A program made the translations under genes and the position numbers. Below, piece after piece: positions 9,729 to 18,253 of a stretch of 64,000 nt of DNA (the stretch's first letter is position 1; every line of letters begins with the position of its first letter). The notes under the pieces were generated by a model. That model saw only the letters and a program-made list of their open reading frames with translations. It was not told the DNA's origin and searched no databases. This stretch comes from a virus (taxonomy: Duplodnaviria > Caudoviricetes). The stretch lies in the IMG/VR virus record IMGVR_UViG_3300029288_001872, positions 1-64,000 of that record. One strand, 5' to 3'.

Positions 9729-10043
9729 ATGAAACTTGAATTGATGAAAAAATTAAATGAATTAATCCTTTCTATTGATAACCCAGTTGAAACATCAACA
9801 GATTGGCTTTTTGATTATCAAACCTATAATTATAATTATATAAGCGCAGAAACAAAAAATAGAGTTGATAAAAAAGAAGAATGGTTAAATTTACATCAAC
9901 AACCTATTCTTCTAGATGAAGAAACACAAACTGAAGAAGAAATGCTTGAAGAAATACTTGATGAACTTGAATCTTGGCTTCCTGCCCTTCAATCTGCAAT
10001 TTGGGCAGTAAAAGAATTAAAAAAGAAATATGAGGATAAATAA
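9729..10043 (+). CDS. Hypothetical acidic protein
   Basis: AGGAGG RBS; 104-aa ORF. Confidence 0.55.
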   Translation: MKLELMKKLNELILSIDNPVETSTDWLFDYQTYNYNYISAETKNRVDKKEEWLNLHQQPILLDEETQTEEEMLEEILDELESWLPALQSAIWAVKELKKKYEDK

Positions 10044-11021
10044 ATGAGGGGTCCAGATAAAAAACCAAGAAAGAAAAGAAGTCCAAATAAAGTTTCTCAT
10101 CAAAATAAACAAAAATTAAATTGTGATATTTGTGGAAAGGAAATTTATAGATGGCCAACGCAAATAAAAAGTGAAAAAGTATTCTGTTCTTGGAAATGTG
10201 CAAATGGAAGAAAAGATAGAGAATCAATAAAAGTATCAGATTTATCTATTTTGTTAGAAGAAAAATTAGAAAGTTATTACTGGATTGGTTATTTGATGGC
10301 AGATGGACATTTCCAAAATAGAGGACAAATAGCTTTAGTTTCTATAGATATAGAACATCTTGAAAAATTTACTGGCTTTGTAAAATATGAAGGCGAAAGA
10401 AAAAATAAAGGAAATATTTCTTTAATGGATAAAGTTGTTGTTAAAAGATTAATGAATAAATTTAATATTTCACATAGAAAAACTTATGAACCTTGTGATA
10501 TTAATATTTCAAATTTAGATTTGTTTGTTTCTTTGGTTATTGGCTTTATAGATGGAGATGGTAGTATTAGAAAACAAACAAATAGGAATGATTGTTTAAT
10601 AGCCATAAAATGTCACAGTTCTTGGTTTGAAAATTTAAAAATAATGAATAGAATTATGAGTGAGATAATAAATATTAATGAAGCAGATGTGGTTAGAATC
10701 AATAAAAAAGGCTATGCTTTATTAATATGGTCAAACAGTAAAGTATTGCGCTTTTTAAAAGAATTCATACTTGCTACTAATCTTCCTGTATTAAAACGTA
10801 AGTGGAATAAAATCGATGAAGGTTTTATTAGTGGACAAGAACTTGCTGCTCAAAGAGTGGGTAGAGTTAAAGAATTATTAGACAAGGATTATAACAAAAG
10901 TGAAATTGCAGAAATTTTAGGTGTTAATAAAAGTGCAGTGACTCTTATTATTCAAAGAAATAAAATTCCTGCTTATATTGGCAGAAAAGAAAGGAGGGAA
11001 AATTATGTCAGTCTTTTTTAG
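10044..11021 (+). CDS. Free-standing LAGLIDADG homing endonuclease with N-terminal Zn motif and C-terminal HTH
   Basis: Two LAGLIDADG helices ('WIGYLMADG', 'IGFIDGDG'); 'SEIAEILGV' HTH. Confidence 0.85.
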   Translation: MRGPDKKPRKKRSPNKVSHQNKQKLNCDICGKEIYRWPTQIKSEKVFCSWKCANGRKDRESIKVSDLSILLEEKLESYYWIGYLMADGHFQNRGQIALVSIDIEHLEKFTGFVKYEGERKNKGNISLMDKVVVKRLMNKFNISHRKTYEPCDINISNLDLFVSLVIGFIDGDGSIRKQTNRNDCLIAIKCHSSWFENLKIMNRIMSEIININEADVVRINKKGYALLIWSNSKVLRFLKEFILATNLPVLKRKWNKIDEGFISGQELAAQRVGRVKELLDKDYNKSEIAEILGVNKSAVTLIIQRNKIPAYIGRKERRENYVSLF

Positions 11022-11553
11022 TGCAGATTGGCATCTTTGACTTAAACATCGAAATATTATCAAGTATTGTAATCGTCCATTTTCATCTATTGAAGAAATG
11101 GACAAAACTATTCTTGATAATTTCTTTTCTACAGTTAAAAAAGGAGATACTTTTTATTTCTTAGGCGATTTAACATTTGATAGAAACTTTTTTGAAAAGT
11201 TTCTACAAGATTGCCATGCTAATAAAATTAATCTTCATTTAATTAGAGGTAATCATGACAAAATTCCATATAATCTGACATCAACTTTTAATATTCCAGT
11301 CTATGATTTAAAAACAGTTAAAATTGAGGATAAAATTGTTGTATTATGTCACTATGCTATGAAGGTTTGGGATCGCTCGCACCATGGTTCGATTTGTCTC
11401 CATGGGCACTCACACGGAACCCTTGAAAGTCAAGGACTGTCATACGATGTGGGAATCGACAATAACAACTTTATGCCAGTTTCTTTTGAAAAAATTAAAA
11501 AAATAATGAAAGACAAACAACAATATTTTGCAGATTATCATGGCAGGAAATAA
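11005..11553 (+). CDS. Calcineurin-like metallophosphoesterase interrupted by an in-frame TGA at 11038-11040
   Basis: AGGAGG RBS, then MSVFFSADWHL*LKHRNIIKYCNRPF in frame with 'LGD', 'GNHD', 'CHY', 'HGHSH'. Confidence 0.8.
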
Positions 11554-11554
11554 A

Positions 11555-11935
11555 ATGAGTTTATTCAACTTAGGCAATTTCATACTTTCCAGTGGAATTT
11601 CATCTGAATTTAAAATAGATTGCGATTTCTTAACTGATGAAGATTTAGAGACTATTGCAAAAATTATATATGAAAATAATAAATCTTTTGGAAGTGTAAT
11701 TGGTATCCCTACTGGTGGACTTAGATTATCAAAGATTCTACAAAAATACATAGACAAAACTTCAAAGACATTATTGATAGTTGATGATGTCTTGACTACA
11801 GGAAAAAGTATGATAGGAATGTTTGAAAAATTCAAAAAGACAACTGCAATAATTGGAGTGGTAATTTTTGCTCGCGGTTCTTGCCCAGATTGGGTAATGC
11901 CATTATTTGTAATGAACGAACAAATAAAGGACTAG
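11555..11935 (+). CDS. Type I phosphoribosyltransferase (orotate PRTase-like)
   Basis: PRPP loop 'IVDDVLTTGKS'; 'FILSSG...FKIDC'. Confidence 0.8.
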   Translation: MSLFNLGNFILSSGISSEFKIDCDFLTDEDLETIAKIIYENNKSFGSVIGIPTGGLRLSKILQKYIDKTSKTLLIVDDVLTTGKSMIGMFEKFKKTTAIIGVVIFARGSCPDWVMPLFVMNEQIKD

Positions 11936-12071
11936 AAACTACCTCTCAAATGGTTTATTTTACGCCTGAGAACGCGTAGATATCGCCCAGAATGAATGAT
12001 AATTTAAAAGAGGTAGTTTGATAGGTAATTTAAAAAAATGACCAGTTTCGAGGCTAAATAATGACGATTAT

Positions 12072-12148
12072 GGTCTGGTTAGGTCAGGTGAGGTGAGGTA
12101 AGGTTGGGTGGGGTGCGGCAAGGTATGGTAGGGTGTGGGAAGGTAAGG
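12072..12148 (+). repeat. Second pentamer-phased tract, (GGNNN)15, mostly GGTNN
   Basis: 15 units at 12072-12146 (13 GGTNN, one GGCAA, one GGGAA) plus a terminal GG. Confidence 0.95.
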
Positions 12149-12178
12149 GAACTGACTCATTTACAGATGAGTCAGTTC
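12149..12178 (+). terminator. Perfect 12-bp hairpin directly after the second tract
   Basis: GAACTGACTCAT-TTACAG-ATGAGTCAGTTC, followed by ATTTT. Confidence 0.65.
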
Positions 12179-12220
12179 ATTTTAAACTAAGAATCTTATG
12201 GTTGTTAATAAGGAGGATTA

Positions 12221-12658
12221 ATGGACTTTCTTGTTCTCTCAAGACAACAATCTGAATTGATTGACCCAACCAAAAACCATATCATCATATCAATTACAGA
12301 CCCATTCGATGTTCCTGCTAATTTATTTCCGAATGATAATTGTAAAGGAATATTGCAATTATCATTTCACGACATTGATTCAGAAGTGATAGCGGACAAA
12401 CACAAATTGGAATTGTTTACGAGAGAACAAGCAAGAAAAATTCTTGACTTTGTTGATGAAAATATAAACAATATCGAATTGATTATCGTAGCATGTGAGA
12501 GTGGAATTTCAAGATCATCATCTGTTGCCGCTTTTTTAAGTGAGATATATAATGGACATGATTCTGGTTTCTTTAGAACTCATATTCCAAATAGGTTTGT
12601 TTTTAAACAGCTAATGTATGAACATGAGAATATAAATATAGAGGATATGTTTTTATAA
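12221..12658 (+). CDS. Cys-based protein-tyrosine/dual-specificity phosphatase-like protein
   Basis: CX5R loop 'ACESGISRSS'; 'IISITD', 'LSFHD', 'PNRFV'. Confidence 0.8.
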   Translation: MDFLVLSRQQSELIDPTKNHIIISITDPFDVPANLFPNDNCKGILQLSFHDIDSEVIADKHKLELFTREQARKILDFVDENINNIELIIVACESGISRSSSVAAFLSEIYNGHDSGFFRTHIPNRFVFKQLMYEHENINIEDMFL

Positions 12659-12848
12659 AATCAACTGAATAAAGGAGGAGATGATGATTAATTGGTTATG
12701 TGATAAGATTAATTCCTTTATAAGATTTATTATATTTATTCTAACCTTATTTCTACTTGCTTTTGGAGGATTATTTGTTTTAATTGGACAAGCAATATTA
12801 TCTGTTGCAGAAAAAACAATCATTTATTCGTTTAAGGAGAAGTAATTA

Positions 12849-13031
12849 ATGGCTTTAAAATTGATAATTTACAAGGAAGTCATCTTAGATGATTTATGGG
12901 GAACCAAAGAAGAATTTGACGAACTAGGTGAAAATACATTTCTAGATATGATTGCTGATGCAGACCCTCTTTCTATAATTGAAGAAGCCGGTGGATTTAG
13001 AGAAATATTTAGGAAATTAGAATGGGTTTGA
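12849..13031 (+). CDS. Small acidic hypothetical protein
   Basis: AGGAG RBS; 60 aa. Confidence 0.5.
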   Translation: MALKLIIYKEVILDDLWGTKEEFDELGENTFLDMIADADPLSIIEEAGGFREIFRKLEWV

Positions 13032-13071
13032 AAATAATAGTTATTATATACTATCTATTGTTGTGGTTATA

Positions 13072-13109
13072 AATAAAAAACCTCTGAAGATACTCAGAGG
13101 TTTTTTATT
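13072..13109. terminator. Bidirectional rho-independent terminator between the convergent arms
   Basis: AATAAAAAACCTCTGA-AGATAC-TCAGAGGTTTTTTATT, with A/T tails on both sides. Confidence 0.9.
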
Positions 13110-13149
13110 GTAAATGATACAACCCTTTCATTCTTAATGTGGCTTCTGG

Positions 13150-14025
13150 TTATTTCAATTTTCCCGCAACCCAAACAATATCTTCGGCCAAACTTTCATT
13201 AAGCAAATCGCAATCATAAAGTTCAAGATAGGAGGCCCCACACAGCACCGCCTTCTCGAAGGCAACCCGGTAATCACCCATATTCTCCGGGTTCCACTCG
13301 GTTGACCCCGTGGTCTGGTAGCCGACCGTGACCCGCTTACTGCGATCCTTGAGACGTTTGTCGTACTCATCCAGGACTCCATCTCGACCGTGCAGACCAT
13401 TATACTGTAAGACAATTTGCAGAGGATACTTGGCGATGGCCCAGGTCAAAATCTCGTCCAGGACTTCGTAGTCGGTACGCAGTGGCGCTCCGATATTCAA
13501 CCCCAAACGCTTCTTGGGAAACGCCGCAGCATAAGCGTCGATGATCTGCTTCCACACCCCCACAATCCGCTCCTTGGTATAGCCCAGGGCAGGCCAGTTG
13601 ACATACTGTTTGCCTAGGAACATCTCCGCCGCCAGCCCCCCGCCGGTCATCTGAACCATCTGCACAGTTTTGTTACCATTATAGCGTTGACCGAAAGCCT
13701 TGATGAACACCAACCAGGGTTTCAAATACGCCTCATCCCAGGGATAGGGAATAGCGGGGGAGGTCGTTGTTTTCTGACACTCTACCCAAGCCGGCGACAT
13801 GGTTCCGGCCACCACACGGATAATCGCCTTGCGACATAAGGCTAAAGCCTGGTCCATACCAATCCAGTTGTAAGAGCCTGCCGTTGGCTGAATGTTCTTC
13901 CAGCCATACCGGATGCTCAAGCCCTGCACATACGGCTTGTTGAGTTCTGGGGCCGCAGATATGGCCGAGTTGGTATTGTGTAGTGAATAAACGCCTTTAA
14001 CCGATGAAAAGATATTTATTAGCAT
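13150..14025 (-). CDS. Putative glycoside hydrolase (TIM-barrel, GH-A/GH42-like)
   Basis: 'GLSIRYGWKNIQPTAGSYNW', 'PYPWD..YL', 'FGQRYNG'; GC-rich. Confidence 0.55.
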   Translation of the reverse strand: MLINIFSSVKGVYSLHNTNSAISAAPELNKPYVQGLSIRYGWKNIQPTAGSYNWIGMDQALALCRKAIIRVVAGTMSPAWVECQKTTTSPAIPYPWDEAYLKPWLVFIKAFGQRYNGNKTVQMVQMTGGGLAAEMFLGKQYVNWPALGYTKERIVGVWKQIIDAYAAAFPKKRLGLNIGAPLRTDYEVLDEILTWAIAKYPLQIVLQYNGLHGRDGVLDEYDKRLKDRSKRVTVGYQTTGSTEWNPENMGDYRVAFEKAVLCGASYLELYDCDLLNESLAEDIVWVAGKLK

Positions 14026-14070
14026 TTTATCATCTCCAATTTAAATTTTTAATGGTTTATCCTTAAACAT

Positions 14071-16506
14071 CTAAGGCAAATTCGCCCAAGCCTTAAATGC
14101 ATCTCCAGTGGTATGATTATGAAAAGTTACCGCCTCATCTACCACAGGAGCCGATCCGGTAGTAGTAACCACTGCGTCAAGGGCGACCTCTTTGGTAGTT
14201 GAATTGATATTAATCACACGCCTAGGGCTGTTAGTAACTTCAACAGTCCCGCCTACAACATCAATCCAATCCCCAATCTTTAGCCCGGTAGCCGCCCCCA
14301 TGTTGGTTAGATTAGCTACTGTCAGTGTGTTTGATCCATTGGTTATGCTGCCGGTGTTTGCTGTCAGCGTTCCAAAGGTATTGTCCAGGATGCAGGACCA
14401 ACCTGCCGGAGCGCCAGTTGTCGCAACAGTACTGAAAATCACATCCCCTCGTGACCAACTGCCAGTCGTAGGAATTGCCGCCAGCCAAGAAATGCTGAAC
14501 TCTCCAACGTATAATTTCGGAGTGGCCGTAGGCGTTCCAATGCGAACGCTTCCTGTGCTACCTCCTATCTGGGTCTCCGAGGCAGACAACCGCATATCTT
14601 TAATAATGTTGTTTCGATTGTAACTGTTCGGGGTAATTAGAACTTCACCACAGAGCAAAGGGATTTCCAGTTCGTTATTATACCAATAGCCGGAGGTCAT
14701 TTTAAAGCTCGTCATGGTCTCCAGGTTCGTAAAGTGGCAGTCGTGCGCCCCACCCGCTATATCAATGGAGAACCCATTAAGCCCCCGGATGCGTTTAATG
14801 TGGGAGTCACGTAATACCACGTTTGCATGGGTTTTTAAAGACACCGACCCAAGCACCTTGTTCGTGACATTATCCAGGTCCACCGTTATATTAATTAGGG
14901 TGGGACTGTAGAGATAAACCCCGGCGATTTGACCGTAGCCGTCACCCCAAGTGTCTTTTGAGTAAACATCAGCCATATGAGAATATATCTGGTAGTCCAT
15001 CAACCCGCCAAACATGCACTTCTCATTATAGACCCTCTGGCCATGTTGATACAATCCAGCATTGCCAGCCTTTTTGTAAGTCTCGTTATTCCAGTTATTA
15101 AAGTAGCAGTTGACCATCTTACAGTTTTCACCCGCATAGGCGGTATTAATGGAGATCGTACCATTCGTGGATACGATTACTCCCTGAAACGGATTGGTAG
15201 CATGAAGCGCCTGATTAACAACGCAGATGTCGAACATCCACTCGTCAGTATTGATCGGACTTGCGTCGGTTAAAATATTCCGAAACTCACTATCCGAGTA
15301 TCCAGCGTTGTAAATCTCACCGAATCGGAAATAGCCCCAAAATCCCAGATCAATAAACCTGGAATTATAAGCATTGATGCCGGTGTCAGACCGGGCCAAG
15401 AGCAGACCAACGCTGGGGGCGACTGCGCCCGCGTATCCTTCCGTGGTTCCCGTTGTTATGCCTGCAATTCCGAAGTTGTGGCAATCCACCATCGGAGTGC
15501 CAACAATTTCCATGACTGGTTTATTGTCACAAGCCGCAAGGCCAACGAGTCCACTATTTTGTTTGCCAGAACCATAAATACCAAACGAGCGATTGTTGGC
15601 GTAGGTAATATCTACCAGAGAAAAGGTACTGGATACCCCATACCACCGGCTTAACATCATGATCCCACGGCCTACCTGGTGCCCGCCAACATTATAGGTC
15701 ATGGCGTCCCGGCAGGCGTTAAGGGCTGCTATGTCATCTGTACCAGTCCCATCGGTGGCCCCTCCATTACCAACTGCCCCAAACCACTCAGGGTAGAAGT
15801 AGACTTGAGGTGAGGTGTCGTCGAATTTTACTGCGCCGGTTCCGGTACAATTAAAAACCTGATAAGGACCACTGGTAAGCAGCCCATTAATGGTTAGGGT
15901 TTTTGTGGTGCTGATCGGAAGGGGCGCCCCCGGCTGAATCGAAACTTTGGGCGCTGACAAGGTGACATCATCGTCAATGGGGAAAGAGTAAGTGATAAGA
16001 AGTTCTTTCCCGGCAGACGCCGCAAGGGCGTCCGCATCTTCTAAGTCAGTTCGGCCAGTCCCATAATCACGAGCCACCACGTAACCGGGGCCATTGGGCC
16101 ATAAGCCGTCCCTGGTGGCCACCACGTAAACCCGCGTGATGGGGTTAGTGAGTACGGTGTCATTCAAGTTGACCGTGGTATTAGGGGCGGCATAGGAACT
16201 GCTGGCCACGGTGCTGAATACCATCCCCGCAGCCACCTGAATCTGCACCACAGCCCCGGCTGGGAACCGGGAGGTGTAGTCGCCTGGCAGGGTGAAAGTA
16301 TTGTTGTCAGAATAGGTGCAGGTGACCGGGATCATTGTAACGATCTGGTCTTCGATGGCCCAGTTATTAATTAAACTAGATAAGTCTGCTATAGTGCTAG
16401 TAAAGGCAACATCGGCATCCCAAAGTGCATCTAGACCGGCATTGAGTTTAATATGCCATAGACTATTTCCTAAATTTTCTTTATATTGCGATGGTTGTCC
16501 ACTCAT
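14071..16506 (-). CDS. Tailspike / receptor-binding protein with pectate-lyase-like beta-helix
   Basis: 'YPEWFGAVGNG...TDDIAAL' beta-helix entry motif; C-terminal 'PTTGSWSRGD...GWSC'; end of tail module. Confidence 0.8.
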   Translation of the reverse strand: MSGQPSQYKENLGNSLWHIKLNAGLDALWDADVAFTSTIADLSSLINNWAIEDQIVTMIPVTCTYSDNNTFTLPGDYTSRFPAGAVVQIQVAAGMVFSTVASSSYAAPNTTVNLNDTVLTNPITRVYVVATRDGLWPNGPGYVVARDYGTGRTDLEDADALAASAGKELLITYSFPIDDDVTLSAPKVSIQPGAPLPISTTKTLTINGLLTSGPYQVFNCTGTGAVKFDDTSPQVYFYPEWFGAVGNGGATDGTGTDDIAALNACRDAMTYNVGGHQVGRGIMMLSRWYGVSSTFSLVDITYANNRSFGIYGSGKQNSGLVGLAACDNKPVMEIVGTPMVDCHNFGIAGITTGTTEGYAGAVAPSVGLLLARSDTGINAYNSRFIDLGFWGYFRFGEIYNAGYSDSEFRNILTDASPINTDEWMFDICVVNQALHATNPFQGVIVSTNGTISINTAYAGENCKMVNCYFNNWNNETYKKAGNAGLYQHGQRVYNEKCMFGGLMDYQIYSHMADVYSKDTWGDGYGQIAGVYLYSPTLINITVDLDNVTNKVLGSVSLKTHANVVLRDSHIKRIRGLNGFSIDIAGGAHDCHFTNLETMTSFKMTSGYWYNNELEIPLLCGEVLITPNSYNRNNIIKDMRLSASETQIGGSTGSVRIGTPTATPKLYVGEFSISWLAAIPTTGSWSRGDVIFSTVATTGAPAGWSCILDNTFGTLTANTGSITNGSNTLTVANLTNMGAATGLKIGDWIDVVGGTVEVTNSPRRVININSTTKEVALDAVVTTTGSAPVVDEAVTFHNHTTGDAFKAWANLP

Positions 16507-16539
16507 TATATAAACTCCTTAATATAAATTATAAATCTA

Positions 16540-17274
16540 TTATCCCCAAGTTTTATAAGAACTAATTTTAGTCCATTTATTTATAGAACTAGAAGACCTA
16601 ACTAATCTGATAGTTAAATTTGGTATTCCAGTTCCATCAGAAGTATTAGAAATGTTAATTCCTGCACCTAAATTAGCAATAAAATTTCCAGTTCCAGGTT
16701 TAACTGTAAGAACTCCGTTTACTGTCGCCAAATTTACAAAAGTGTATTCTAAATATGGCGTGGCAGAAGAAACATAGGAAACAAGATTACCAGTAGCAAG
16801 AACATAATTTACTGTTGCGAGAGCAACAAAAGTTTGTCTATTTAAAGATGCTGTAACACTAACCGTCCCTTTTGAATTAGTAGTCGTTGTTCCTCCACCT
16901 ATAACTTTTAAAGAATAGTGAGTAGTTGGAGTATAAGCTGCACTTTGTAATCCTAATGTAGTTTTTACTGTAGCTAAAGATTGTTTAGCAAAAACCCCAA
17001 CTCCAGATGCAACTAAAAAATCATTTATAGTTATAGCAGATGAATGTTGAATATACTGAGGATGATCATTGTCTGATAAACCATTTAAACCACCATGATC
17101 ATGTTTGTGTCCAGGGTCAACAGAACTGGTATTTTTCACTAAATAATCAAGAGATGATGAATCAGAAGAATTGTCAATTCCAACCTTTTCTTCAAGATTA
17201 TTTATATGGGCAGCAACTATCTCAGTTCCGCCCGGTCCATCAACAACATTCGTTAAAGTCGTTGGATAAGCCAT
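16540..17274 (-). CDS. Tail fibre-associated protein, S/T-rich
   Basis: 'HDHGGLNGLSDNDHPQY' fibre-type motif; position in the tail module. Confidence 0.55.
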   Translation of the reverse strand: MAYPTTLTNVVDGPGGTEIVAAHINNLEEKVGIDNSSDSSSLDYLVKNTSSVDPGHKHDHGGLNGLSDNDHPQYIQHSSAITINDFLVASGVGVFAKQSLATVKTTLGLQSAAYTPTTHYSLKVIGGGTTTTNSKGTVSVTASLNRQTFVALATVNYVLATGNLVSYVSSATPYLEYTFVNLATVNGVLTVKPGTGNFIANLGAGINISNTSDGTGIPNLTIRLVRSSSSINKWTKISSYKTWG

Positions 17275-17287
17275 ATATTTTCCACCT

Positions 17288-18253
17288 TTATGTTATTTCT
17301 TCTTCAAATGTTATTCCGGTGCTACTAACTTGAAGTCCTTCAATCCAAGGCATTTCAGAATTTTGTTCTATTGATGGTAAGTCTTGAAATCTGCCATATA
17401 ATATTGAATGATGGTGTTGTGAAGCTAAATCTATACTAGGAAAACAATCTATTAAATATGATTCAGTGATTCCCATCTTTTCAACCATAAATTTTAAATT
17501 CCAATATTTATCTGCATATTCCAATACATCAAAATTTAATTCCATTGTTCTCCTCAATAGGGTTTTTTTTGCAATCCAAGCTTGACCACCTAATGATCTG
17601 TATATTTCCGATTCATCTATAGTTCCATGAACTATATTATCAAAATTTAAATTAAAATTTGCATATCGACAAATAAATAACCTACCAAGTTCTATGTACC
17701 CATCTGGATTATTATCATCTTTAAATTTAATTGTTAAATATCTAGCTGTTATAGTTTTTTGAGTAGGAGGTTCTATTGATGTTCCATATATAATATTGTT
17801 CCCGAAATACAACCCAGTTCCATACTTTATCATATTTTCAAAATAAAATATTTTAATCGGATTGGGGACAATCCAAGTTCTATCCGTTTCTGATAAATAA
17901 CCACCAAATCCAAAGTAACCAAACCCATCTTCACCAAATCCAATCAACGGGTCGTAAGCCAATATGTTCATATCAAGAAGATCATAGCCTAAAGGGGTAT
18001 TAGAAGCCATAATCCTAATTGTTCCAGTAGTTGATAGATTATGATCAATAAAGGCAATTGAATTAAAGTTAATAGCAGTCCCAAAATCAATAGTTACATA
18101 TTGTTCAGCAATTGATGTTGTTCTCCATTTACGAGACCTAAACTGATCTTGAAGACAGGTTATTGGATAGCCACTAGCTGATGTTGTTGCAGTTAATGTT
18201 GCTGCATCAAATTGATGATTATCCCATAACATCCTAAAATTTTTCATCGCCAT
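17288..18253 (-). CDS. Tail tip / baseplate protein
   Basis: 'SRKWRT...VTIDFG...DHNLS', 'ARYL...DNNPDGYIELGRLF'. Confidence 0.6.
   Translation of the reverse strand: MAMKNFRMLWDNHQFDAATLTATTSASGYPITCLQDQFRSRKWRTTSIAEQYVTIDFGTAINFNSIAFIDHNLSTTGTIRIMASNTPLGYDLLDMNILAYDPLIGFGEDGFGYFGFGGYLSETDRTWIVPNPIKIFYFENMIKYGTGLYFGNNIIYGTSIEPPTQKTITARYLTIKFKDDNNPDGYIELGRLFICRYANFNLNFDNIVHGTIDESEIYRSLGGQAWIAKKTLLRRTMELNFDVLEYADKYWNLKFMVEKMGITESYLIDCFPSIDLASQHHHSILYGRFQDLPSIEQNSEMPWIEGLQVSSTGITFEEEIT

Noticed and set aside
11038-11075. Selenocysteine at the phosphoesterase TGA
   Set aside because: Not a Cys position in the motif; read-through leaves two extra residues; the only nearby hairpin is weak, AT-rich and has no G in the loop.
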